Below are positions 44,899 through 52,843 of a stretch of 64,000 bases of DNA, piece by piece. The stretch is from the NCBI GenBank assembly GCA_965195345.1, contig OZ239628.1, positions 1,088,001 to 1,152,000 on the forward strand. The letters run 5' to 3'. Position 1 is the first letter of the stretch. Each line of letters begins with the position of its first letter. The notes beneath the pieces are model-generated. The model saw only the letters and a list, made by a program, of their open reading frames with translations, had not been told where the DNA came from and did no database searches. This DNA comes from an uncultured Thiomicrospira sp. Lineage in GTDB: Bacteria; Pseudomonadota; Gammaproteobacteria; CAKMZV01. A program made the translations under genes and the position numbers.

Positions 44899-45258
44899 TT
44901 ACTTCGTCTCGTGATTATCTTCAGAGTTACGAACGTCATCAACCAGTTCAAAGCCAGTATATTGGGCGTATTTATGCGCCCACCATTGAGCGATTGACTT
45001 GTCTTTACGCGGGTCTTTGATCGCTCTTTGATAGTTTGATGCTGCGATCAATGCAAGCGGGTTTTCATTGAGTAAATCAGAGAAAACAAGACATGCACGA
45101 TCATCGAAAGAGTTTATCTCTTTTCTATAGCTTGATAGGGCTTGTTGTGATATTGATGTTTGTTTCCAAATTTTATAATCTGAATTGACACCAAGCGCAT
45201 TTTTAACGCGATCTAAGTATTCCGCCGTTGTTGGTATGTTTAGCATTTTTCCGTCCAT
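44899..45258 (-). CDS. phage HTH repressor (copy 1)
   Basis: YLD..K..LGV.SDY....IS...LS.YR pattern typical of small temperate phage repressors; divergent from early operon. Confidence 0.8.
   Translation of the reverse strand: MDGKMLNIPTTAEYLDRVKNALGVNSDYKIWKQTSISQQALSSYRKEINSFDDRACLVFSDLLNENPLALIAASNYQRAIKDPRKDKSIAQWWAHKYAQYTGFELVDDVRNSEDNHETK
44907..44934 (-). other. second, inverted recombination site (site B) inside repressor 3' end
   Basis: TCTCGTGATTA-TCTTCA-GAGTTACGAAC; 15 bp exact reverse complement of site A spacer plus right arm. Confidence 0.8.
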
Positions 45259-45283
45259 TGGTATAGTACATAATTAAAGTATA

Positions 45284-45360
45284 CAATAAATATGGTTCAA
45301 CCATTACTATGTTATAAACCATAATCATGGTTGACTTATACTCCATAATCATGGTATATT
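45284..45360 (+). promoter_or_regulatory. early promoter with operator repeats (copy 1)
   Basis: TTGACT 45331 / TATATT 45355; CCATAATCATGG at 45319 and 45343, degenerate copies at 45284 and 45301. Confidence 0.75.
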
Positions 45361-45518
45361 CTTGGCATGGACAAAATGCTAAACGAAAAAACCGCCATCA
45401 ATCTATCAAACTCAACGAAATCAAAAGCGGTTATTAGCATACCGTCCATTGATTGGAGAGCGGGCGTTTTTTCTATGGAAACGCCCATTCTCCACCTTTT
45501 AACCAATGGAGCAAACTA

Positions 45519-45734
45519 ATGAGTAAACCTAAACTAACGATAGCAAAATTTAATAAGCAAGGACAAGTTGTCTATTATCTGTACGACAAAAAAGGAAAGC
45601 GATATAAGCTATATCATGATTTTCATTATAGCGATCTGGGCTTATACAAAGTTGATCCAGAATTACATGAACGCTTGAAGTTTGAATTTGGAATCATCAA
45701 CGAAATAATAGATAACGAACCAGGCGAGCGATGA
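45519..45734 (+). CDS. phage early protein (71 aa)
   Basis: GGAG RBS; protein identical in copy 2 from MSKPK onward. Confidence 0.7.
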   Translation: MSKPKLTIAKFNKQGQVVYYLYDKKGKRYKLYHDFHYSDLGLYKVDPELHERLKFEFGIINEIIDNEPGER

Positions 45735-46006
45735 ACACAACGACCAATAACCCTTTAATTGATAGGTTTTTAAAAGCGTCGCAAGAATTGCGTGCTGAAC
45801 AAGAAGCAGTTGAAAAAACCATCATTGAAGCTGGTGGCACTATAACTCCAGAAATGCTATTAGTACCAGAAGAAACCTCAATGAAATATTTAAACGCTTT
45901 AATATCTGTAACAGAACTTGCACGGGCGAGTGAATTCATCCGAGCCGATGTACTTAAACCAGATAGCAAAATTGAAGCAAACATTGCAAGCGAAACAATC
46001 CACTAA
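45731..46006 (+). CDS. phage hypothetical protein
   Basis: ATGA overlap; identical in copy 2. Confidence 0.7.
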   Translation: MNTTTNNPLIDRFLKASQELRAEQEAVEKTIIEAGGTITPEMLLVPEETSMKYLNALISVTELARASEFIRADVLKPDSKIEANIASETIH

Positions 46007-46011
46007 TCAAA

Positions 46012-46284
46012 ATGAGCGCACAAAGTAAAAAAGAGAGTTGGCGCGAGGCGTACAGGAATACCGCGCTGGCTTTCGTTGTGTCGCTATTGGCGCACAAATA
46101 CATAGTAGCCCCTGCTCTATCATGGCACATTGAGCAAGGTGGGGATCAAACAACGTTTATTGTTGCTTTTTTAGTAACCAGCTTCTATACCCTGCTTTCG
46201 CTTGGTCGTAATTATTTCATTAGGCGTATGCACGTTAAAAATAAGGTATTGCCACCGATGCCACCCATCCCACGCGTGAAATGA
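46012..46284 (+). CDS. small phage membrane protein (QSK..S..EA..NT...R.Y.IRR family)
   Basis: Two hydrophobic segments; motif seen in small phage proteins near methylases. Confidence 0.65.
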   Translation: MSAQSKKESWREAYRNTALAFVVSLLAHKYIVAPALSWHIEQGGDQTTFIVAFLVTSFYTLLSLGRNYFIRRMHVKNKVLPPMPPIPRVK

Positions 46285-47108
46285 AGTTGCCTCCGATCCT
46301 TAAATATTTAGGAGGTAAGCACTCTATTGCACCGCAAATAATTGCGCATTTTCCTGATCATCATACATACGTTGAGCCTTTTGGCGGTGCGGGTTCTGTT
46401 CTGTTCAGAAAGGAGCGTTCACGGGTTGAGGTTTACAACGATAAGTATGATCGCATTGTCAATTTGTTTTCTGTTTTGCGTTCTCCTGAACTTTCTGAAA
46501 AGTTACGCTCTTTATTAAAAAATACGCCCTATTCTAAAACTGAATTTTATCGATGTGCAGAGCAATCAGATGATCCAGTTGAAGACGCGCGGCGTCTTTT
46601 TGTAAGCGGGGCAATGTGTTTTGGAGGTTACAACAGTGGCAGAAATAGCATTACAGGATTTGCCCGTACTGCGGACGCAAACATAGCAAAAACTTACGCA
46701 AACAAGATTGAGCAGCTTGAACTTTTTACCGCCCGCCTGCAGGGAGTTACTTTTGAGAACGACAGTGCGGACAGAATAATAGAACTTTGGGATAGTACAA
46801 AAACGCTTTTCTATGTTGATCCGCCCTACTTACCAAGCACACGCAAACAAGCAAAATCCAAACAATATGCATACGAGATGAACGAGATGGATCACGTGGT
46901 GTTATTGGAGAGGTTAAAGAGTTGCGCAGGTATGGTGGTTTTGTCTGGTTATCCCTCTGATCTATATGATGAGTTTTTAGAGGGTTGGGAAACATTAGAC
47001 ATTAATAGCGTTGATGCAGGCAGCAACAAGCGCATTGATCGTGTATGGATAAAGCCAAATTCACACGCCCACCTGCCCCTATTCAATAAAGCGCAGGTAA
47101 TGGCATGA
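46281..47108 (+). CDS. Dam-like (D12 class) N6-adenine DNA methyltransferase
   Basis: YLGGK, YVEPFGGAGSV, VYND, FYVDPPY. Confidence 0.93.
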   Translation: MKLPPILKYLGGKHSIAPQIIAHFPDHHTYVEPFGGAGSVLFRKERSRVEVYNDKYDRIVNLFSVLRSPELSEKLRSLLKNTPYSKTEFYRCAEQSDDPVEDARRLFVSGAMCFGGYNSGRNSITGFARTADANIAKTYANKIEQLELFTARLQGVTFENDSADRIIELWDSTKTLFYVDPPYLPSTRKQAKSKQYAYEMNEMDHVVLLERLKSCAGMVVLSGYPSDLYDEFLEGWETLDINSVDAGSNKRIDRVWIKPNSHAHLPLFNKAQVMA

Positions 47109-47320
47109 AAAACTATACAAAATCAGATGCAACGCACTTACTGCAATGCCGTAGCTTTAATGGCAGTGTTGGAATTGATTATTCTATGGATTGCTTGCCA
47201 TTAAAAACAACAAAGAGAGGTATGGCTAAAGTTGTGGTTTTTGGTTTTCGTAGCTTTGTATCAGAGGATGTAAGGATCAGATATGTTAAACCTGATAGAT
47301 TGATCGAGAAAAGTAAATGA
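47105..47320 (+). CDS. phage hypothetical protein
   Basis: Operonic overlap; conserved in copy 2. Confidence 0.65.
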   Translation: MKNYTKSDATHLLQCRSFNGSVGIDYSMDCLPLKTTKRGMAKVVVFGFRSFVSEDVRIRYVKPDRLIEKSK

Positions 47321-47658
47321 TCCAGCGCGTTAATCAAGATGTCTTTAATAGTGATTTTAAAACGCTTGTGAATGTAACCGTTGGCGAATGTACGCCTATT
47401 GCCAGCACTTATTTAATTCGTGGTATTGATTTTGTTGTGGTTGTGTTGTCGTGTGATCTGATTCATTTGAATGAAGAATTACAGCGCATTCCAGAACACG
47501 GCTTATTCAATGTGCATACTTTTTCAGTGTTCAATGCTGAAAAACGCGAAGCGGATGCCGGCAGGACAGAAGATGCGATCCATGCCAACCGCATTTATAA
47601 CTCGCGAGTTGAATACTATAAAAGCATAGAGTATCAAAAAGTGCAGGGCTTGACGTGA
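47317..47658 (+). CDS. phage hypothetical protein
   Basis: Operonic overlap; conserved in copy 2 with mostly synonymous changes. Confidence 0.65.
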   Translation: MIQRVNQDVFNSDFKTLVNVTVGECTPIASTYLIRGIDFVVVVLSCDLIHLNEELQRIPEHGLFNVHTFSVFNAEKREADAGRTEDAIHANRIYNSRVEYYKSIEYQKVQGLT

Positions 47659-49205
47659 TGAGCGATTATTTTTCGCCCTTACCGCCCGCCCTCGCCCGCA
47701 TTGGCAATGCGCTTTCAGAAAATTACAAAGACTTTGAAGACTTTGAAAAAGGTTTTCAAGATGCGCCGTGCAGCCTTGATCTTGATGCTATTGAAAACGC
47801 CGGCGATCACATGGCGCATAAATGCTACGGCGCGCGTCTGCGCAACGGGGAAAAAGCTGTTTATGGCGTTGTGGGCGATGAATGCAGTAAATGGCGGGGC
47901 TATGCGGGGCTAACGCACACGGATGATGCCCTACTCGCCCGCGCTGAATCCTCAAGCTACTGGCGCAAGAAATGGAAGCAAGCAACGCTTCGCTGGTGGG
48001 CGCATACATTGATGAAAGAGGGATTAAACGCCAATTACATTGCTGATGATGTAGTCAACTTGGTAAATGAAGCACAAAAGCGTAGTAATAATTTGATGGC
48101 ACAGATGGTTGCCACGCATGAAGAGATGCCCACGTCTGCAAATACGATGGTATTACAAGATGCAATTGATAAATCGGTTAGTAATCCGCACATAAAGAAA
48201 GCAGAATTGATTGTGCGCCTGCGCGGTGCGCAGAAGTATGCGGATGAATTCGGGTATGTTTGCACATTCGTTACAGTTACAGCACCGTCAAAGTATCACG
48301 CGAGCAAATCAAGCAATCCAGATATAGACAATGCACCGCTTGAGAGCAATCCAAAGTATGAAGATTTTACCCCCCGCGAGACGTCTCAATATTTGGGGCT
48401 TGTGTGGAAGCGAGTGCGGGCGAAGTTTGGTCGCGATTGTTTAGATTATTTCGGTTTGCGGGTTGCTGAACCGCATCGCAACGGCACACCGCACCACCAT
48501 TATGTGATCTTTCACAAAAAAGAAGATACACAGCAGATGCGCGCCGTATTTCTTCATCAGGGACTAAAAGCGAGTGCGGGCGAATATGGAAGTAATCACC
48601 GCATTAAATTCAAAGCAATAGATCGCTCGCGGGGCGATGTTATTGCATACCTAATCAAATATTTAGCAAAGAACATACACAGCAGACGCGCGCCCCGCGA
48701 TTTATACGGAAATATTGGTTATGATGAAGCGTTGAAAGCGGTGACAGCGTGGGCAAAAGTCTGGGGTATTCGCCAGTTTGATCCCATAGGGATTCAACCT
48801 GTAGGCGTTTGGCGGGAATTACGGCGGGCATCGCGTGATTATTGCGGACGCAACGCCCGCAAGATTGCAGGCGACAAGTACCGCCCATTACGACAAGCAA
48901 TGCAGGCATCCACAGACGGCGATTATTATCGCTATATGAAGTTGATGCACCGCTACAGTAAAAAAATACGCCTATTGAAAGAAACAGTAAAAAACAAATA
49001 TGATGAAGATGTAACAAAAACGCAGGGGCTTTTATTTAAGGAAGCCAAGCCCGTCCAGATAATTACGCGCTTTATTAAATGGGTAATTGGAAAGGCAGAA
49101 GATTTGCTCGATGAAGCAGAACTTGAAGCATGGCAAATGAAGCAGCAGACGCAGGCGGGTATGCAGGCGATCGCGGGCGTTCGCCCCGCTGTAATGCAGT
49201 TATGA
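47655..49205 (+). CDS. rolling-circle replication endonuclease (P2 gpA-like HUH)
   Basis: FVTVTAPS.YH, GLRVAEPH..GTPHHH, Y..KY.AKNI, AWA..WGIRQF, WRELRR. Confidence 0.93.
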   Translation: MMSDYFSPLPPALARIGNALSENYKDFEDFEKGFQDAPCSLDLDAIENAGDHMAHKCYGARLRNGEKAVYGVVGDECSKWRGYAGLTHTDDALLARAESSSYWRKKWKQATLRWWAHTLMKEGLNANYIADDVVNLVNEAQKRSNNLMAQMVATHEEMPTSANTMVLQDAIDKSVSNPHIKKAELIVRLRGAQKYADEFGYVCTFVTVTAPSKYHASKSSNPDIDNAPLESNPKYEDFTPRETSQYLGLVWKRVRAKFGRDCLDYFGLRVAEPHRNGTPHHHYVIFHKKEDTQQMRAVFLHQGLKASAGEYGSNHRIKFKAIDRSRGDVIAYLIKYLAKNIHSRRAPRDLYGNIGYDEALKAVTAWAKVWGIRQFDPIGIQPVGVWRELRRASRDYCGRNARKIAGDKYRPLRQAMQASTDGDYYRYMKLMHRYSKKIRLLKETVKNKYDEDVTKTQGLLFKEAKPVQIITRFIKWVIGKAEDLLDEAELEAWQMKQQTQAGMQAIAGVRPAVMQL

Positions 49206-49212
49206 ACAAGCC

Positions 49213-49252
49213 AACGCGGGCGGGCGTTCCAAAGCTCTACCCGCGTTTTTTT
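49213..49252 (+). terminator. intrinsic terminator after rep
   Basis: AACGCGGG...CCCGCGTT stem plus T run. Confidence 0.7.
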
Positions 49253-49263
49253 GGTTTTTCTTA

Positions 49264-49290
49264 AAACTTGGACTTGTATCAATAACTGTA
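49264..49290 (+). other. putative rolling-circle origin (nick site)
   Basis: AAACTTG/GACTTGTATCAATAACTGT resembles the P2 ori (CCTCG/GAGTCCTGTCAATAAC) and phiX174 ori (CAACTTG/ATATTAATAAC) as recalled; identical in copy 2. Confidence 0.7.
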
Positions 49291-49348
49291 CGGAGATTTA
49301 GAAGAAAGGAAATATTTACCAGGGCAAAAAAATAATTAGAGGTGGTCA

Positions 49349-49525
49349 ATGGAAAAAATAGAAATTTACGAAGAAGCTTCTGAAATTGAGGAGGCTACCA
49401 CGCGCATACTGCAAAGCATGAAAGCGCAATTATTGCCTGCAGAAGTACGGACGTTGTTACAGCGCACAGCTGTATTGAATTTAAGAATGGCAAGCGCGAT
49501 TAAAAAACTACAGGAGGAGCGGTAA
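49349..49525 (+). CDS. 58-aa phage protein (not in ORF track)
   Basis: GAGGTG RBS, MEKIEIYEE...LQEER; TAATG overlap with next gene. Confidence 0.7.
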   Translation: MEKIEIYEEASEIEEATTRILQSMKAQLLPAEVRTLLQRTAVLNLRMASAIKKLQEER

Positions 49526-49758
49526 TGACGGAATTTATATGCAAGGCGGTTATAGATGGATTGGATTCAGAAATATACAAGAATACTCAAAACAGGCTAT
49601 ATGCGAAAAATGTTAATGGCATGATGAGTTTTCAAACGAAGAAAGGACAAGCACACCTTCAAAGCCTGATTGACAAGGCAAACAAAGTGCCACCGCCTGC
49701 AACAGATGACAATTCACAAGAGGATGATCCAGATGATGATAGTATCTTCTTAATTTAA
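49525..49758 (+). CDS. phage hypothetical protein with acidic tail
   Basis: GGAGG RBS; located where PM2-like viruses place small regulators. Confidence 0.6.
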   Translation: MTEFICKAVIDGLDSEIYKNTQNRLYAKNVNGMMSFQTKKGQAHLQSLIDKANKVPPPATDDNSQEDDPDDDSIFLI

Positions 49759-49767
49759 AGGTAGAAC

Positions 49768-50229
49768 ATGAGCAAAGAAAACACAAACACCATTGATACC
49801 AGTGATGAAACCATCAATAAAGGCTGGGACACGATAGAAACTACTATTATTGATAATCCTGTCATTGATCCAATTGAACCAGATGAACAAGCAGAAGAAC
49901 AAGCAGCTGAACACGATGATGCAGAATGCGCGGATATGCTTTATAAAATGCTGAAAATGGGACTGGGTAACAGCAAAGTCAATGTTGATATTACGAAAAT
50001 AGATGAAGAAATAATGAAATGCGCTCAATCATGGAATGCTTTTATTAACAAAAGATTTGGTGGTATGCATGGTTTTCTTGAACGCTACGGCGTTGAAGTA
50101 ATGATGGTATTCAATACAGGATATTTGCTTTTTACAGCAGCTGATCATAGAAAAGCACCCACTGATCAAGAAGAGGTCAAAGCTGGTGCAGCACCTAAAA
50201 CAACCACGCAAACAATAGACCCATTATGA
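49768..50229 (+). CDS. acidic protein preceding packaging ATPase
   Basis: Acidic N-terminus, hydrophobic C-terminal stretch; position typical of PM2-like proviruses. Confidence 0.65.
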   Translation: MSKENTNTIDTSDETINKGWDTIETTIIDNPVIDPIEPDEQAEEQAAEHDDAECADMLYKMLKMGLGNSKVNVDITKIDEEIMKCAQSWNAFINKRFGGMHGFLERYGVEVMMVFNTGYLLFTAADHRKAPTDQEEVKAGAAPKTTTQTIDPL

Positions 50230-50885
50230 GAAAAGACGGAAAAATCACGCTTATATTAGGCGTTACTGGATCGGGTAAAACATCGATCGCAAAGGCTTTG
50301 ATGAAATCGCACAAGCGTATATTAGCGTATGATCCAAAACTGGAATTTTGCCAGTTATCAGGATTTGTTAAAACAGAAAGCCAACGTCAATTGTTGGAAA
50401 AACTAAAAGCAACAAAGGCAAGTGGGCGAATCGCGCATTGTGTCGCGCAATCCTCGAAAGAATTTGACTTTTTCACGCGATGCTTTAGCAATTGGGCGCG
50501 TCAAAAGGAATGCACGGCCGTTGTTGAAGAATTAGCAGCTGTTACCAGTGTAGGAAAGGCGCGCGATGGTTGGAATATAGCAGTCAATCAATCAAGAGCA
50601 TTAGGAGCTAATGTATTAGTTTTGGCACAAAAACCCGAAGAGATAGATAAAAGCACACTGGATCAAGCAAAAGAGATTTATTGTTGTCAAGTGTCGGCGA
50701 AGACTGCAAGCTATATGGGCGATCGCTTTGGATTAGATGCTAAAGCATTAAAATCATTTCCAAGTGAACCATTGAAGTTTATTCGCATAATTGCAGGTAA
50801 AGGATTAGATTTGTCGAATGGTAAAATTCAATTCAAAGATAAAGAACCGATGCTTTACAATGGGAAGAAAGAATTAAAGGGGTAG
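50226..50885 (+). CDS. FtsK/HerA-type genome packaging ATPase (PM2 P9-like)
   Basis: Walker A GVTGSGKT, Walker B VVEE, SR..G....AQ.P..IDK; 219 aa with no Zot-like TM. Confidence 0.9.
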   Translation: MRKDGKITLILGVTGSGKTSIAKALMKSHKRILAYDPKLEFCQLSGFVKTESQRQLLEKLKATKASGRIAHCVAQSSKEFDFFTRCFSNWARQKECTAVVEELAAVTSVGKARDGWNIAVNQSRALGANVLVLAQKPEEIDKSTLDQAKEIYCCQVSAKTASYMGDRFGLDAKALKSFPSEPLKFIRIIAGKGLDLSNGKIQFKDKEPMLYNGKKELKG

Positions 50886-50887
50886 AG

Positions 50888-51145
50888 ATGAGCACAAACA
50901 AACAAGCATTAGCAATATTTGAGAACGACAAGCTAAACCATGTTTTATATGGTGCAGTTGCGGGCGGTCTTGGTATAGCTATGACTGGATCAATGACGGG
51001 TGGCTTGTTCGTTTCGGCTCTTGTTGCTGGTGGCGTTGAAATCTACGATTATGTTACAGGACGAGGAACGTCTTCTTTTCTTGATTTTCTCGCAACGATC
51101 AGCATCCCTGCTTTGTTATTCGCGGTTGAGTTGCTTATTAAGTAA
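50888..51145 (+). CDS. small VanZ-like membrane protein
   Basis: DK..H...G, E..D...G......D..AT pattern. Confidence 0.6.
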   Translation: MSTNKQALAIFENDKLNHVLYGAVAGGLGIAMTGSMTGGLFVSALVAGGVEIYDYVTGRGTSSFLDFLATISIPALLFAVELLIK

Positions 51146-51172
51146 CAATCCCCCCAACCGCGAAAACATGTG

Positions 51173-51197
51173 AAGCACCCTGCGGGGTGCTTTTTTT
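51173..51197 (+). terminator. intrinsic terminator
   Basis: AAGCACCC-TGCG-GGGTGCTT plus T run. Confidence 0.8.
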
Positions 51198-51237
51198 ATT
51201 CTTTATTTATCGGGTCGTCATTTTTCTGTATTTCATA

Positions 51238-52554
51238 TCATAGATGATCTTTAGGATCGAAGTCTTCAGGAAAAATTGTGTGGCTGTTATAAGTAGCCCC
51301 TTTTAAATTCGCCTTTTGTAAATTTGCGTATTCTAAATTCGCCTCTTTTAAATTCGCACCTTCTAAATTCGCCTCTTTTAAATTCGCCTCTTTTAAATTC
51401 GCCTCTTTTAAATTCGCCTCTTTTAAATTCGCCTCTTCTAAATTCGCCTCTTGTAAATCCGCCCCTTGTAAAATCGCCCTTTCTAAATTCGCCACTTGTA
51501 AATCCGCCCCGTATAAATTCGCCCCTTTTAAATCCGCCCCGTATAAATTCGCCACTTGTAAATCCGCCCCTTTTAAATTCGCCCCTTTTAAATCCGCATC
51601 AAATAAAGACGCCTTTTGTAAATTCGCCCTTTCTAAATTCGCCTCTTGTAAATTCGCATAAAATAAAACCACCATTTCTAAATACGCCTCTTTTAAATTC
51701 GCCTCTTTTAAATTCGCCTCTCTTAAATTCGCCCTTTCTAAATTTGCCTTTTCTAAATTCGTTTCTTTTAAATTTGCCTTTTCTAAATCCGCCCCATGTA
51801 ACTTCGCCCTTTCTAAATTCATCCCTCCTAAATCCGCCACTTGTAAATTTGCAACCTCTGACGCATCTATTTTCTTACTCTGTTGTAGTGTTGGCATTGT
51901 TGGTTTATTGGCTCTTTCGGTGCTCGTGAGTATCAAGCCTCTAGTAATACTATCAATCTGCTCGCTAAAAGCGGGATAATTTCTTTTTAATATTGCTAAT
52001 GACTTAACACCAATACAACGACTCACTAATTCAGGTGATGCCAGTAAATTATAGCCATGAGATAGTGTTGATGTGTTGATGCTCTCGTCTGTTTTTTCAA
52101 CTTGCTCCTGTGATTTTTCAATCTGATTTTGTGATATTTCAATCTGAATTTGTGTTTTTTCAATTTGTTCTCTGGTGTCATTTGTTCTGAAGTACCACAA
52201 ACCAATTAATACAGGGAGAGATAGTAATAGAAAGCGCATAGAGTGTCCTGCATAATTATTTTCGTCAGTGATTTTCCAAATATCTAAAATAAATTTAGTT
52301 ATCTCAGTAGCAGATAGGAAACCCAATACAGCTAATGCAGAAAGGAAGAACAATCGATTCATCTTTTTTTCAGATGGTTTTTCTGGATTCTTCATGAAAA
52401 AATACACTACGAAGAATGTAGCGAAATATGAAAGGCAGTAGAGAAGGAGCACTAAAGGACTTTTAATTCCCGTTTGTTTAAGCGTTTCCATTGTTCTTCC
52501 GTTTAGAACAAGCATTAAAGAATCTATATTTTCCGTTTGTATTAACCATTCCAT
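51238..52554 (-). CDS. membrane-anchored pentapeptide repeat protein (prophage cargo)
   Basis: Three hydrophobic segments, short coiled coil, then >30 A(N/D)Lxx repeats. Confidence 0.9.
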   Translation of the reverse strand: MEWLIQTENIDSLMLVLNGRTMETLKQTGIKSPLVLLLYCLSYFATFFVVYFFMKNPEKPSEKKMNRLFFLSALAVLGFLSATEITKFILDIWKITDENNYAGHSMRFLLLSLPVLIGLWYFRTNDTREQIEKTQIQIEISQNQIEKSQEQVEKTDESINTSTLSHGYNLLASPELVSRCIGVKSLAILKRNYPAFSEQIDSITRGLILTSTERANKPTMPTLQQSKKIDASEVANLQVADLGGMNLERAKLHGADLEKANLKETNLEKANLERANLREANLKEANLKEAYLEMVVLFYANLQEANLERANLQKASLFDADLKGANLKGADLQVANLYGADLKGANLYGADLQVANLERAILQGADLQEANLEEANLKEANLKEANLKEANLKEANLEGANLKEANLEYANLQKANLKGATYNSHTIFPEDFDPKDHL

Positions 52555-52635
52555 TGTTCTTTTCCTTTTTATTTTGGTTTTGTTAGATTATCAAGTGAAT
52601 TTTACCCTCTCCGTCTGCGAAAGTTAAAAAAGTGC

Positions 52636-52666
52636 TTGACACGCGTCTGCATGTGTTTTGTATAAG
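52636..52666 (+). promoter_or_regulatory. candidate promoter of structural operon
   Basis: TTGACA-19 bp-TATAAG upstream of P7-like/capsid genes. Confidence 0.45.
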
Positions 52667-52708
52667 TCGCTTTTAATTATTAAATGGCTGTTTTACTTTG
52701 GAGAAAGA

Positions 52709-52834
52709 ATGAACAAAAGCACAATGAAAACGATTACGGGCGTAGTATTTACTGCTGCGGTCGCATTCGCAACGGTTGCAATTGCAACGCGTTTTAAGCC
52801 AGCACGCAAAGTGTTGAACGTTGACAACTATTAA
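52709..52834 (+). CDS. 41-aa membrane protein, PM2 P7-like (not in ORF track)
   Basis: MNKSTMKTITGVVFTAAVAFATVAIATRFKPARKVLNVDNY; GGAG RBS; immediately upstream of capsid gene as in PM2. Confidence 0.75.
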   Translation: MNKSTMKTITGVVFTAAVAFATVAIATRFKPARKVLNVDNY

Positions 52835-52843
52835 GGGGTTGCA

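Noticed and set aside
44443-44934. CTXphi-style ssDNA fold-back attP as sole explanation of the inverted sites
   Set aside because: Outer arms of junction site and site B do not pair in register and fold-back would not explain the in-frame fusion; kept only as a lesser alternative.
49203-49250. Selenocysteine readthrough of rep (TGA followed by hairpin)
   Set aside because: Hairpin with T run fits an intrinsic terminator; no redox context; downstream conservation is explained by an origin.
50226-50885. Inovirus Zot-like ATPase / filamentous prophage
   Set aside because: ATPase is short with no TM, and the neighbourhood has a DJR-like capsid, holin and lysozyme-like genes.
51324-51929. 201-aa plus-strand LNSPL repeat ORF
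   Set aside because: Antisense shadow of the pentapeptide repeat gene.
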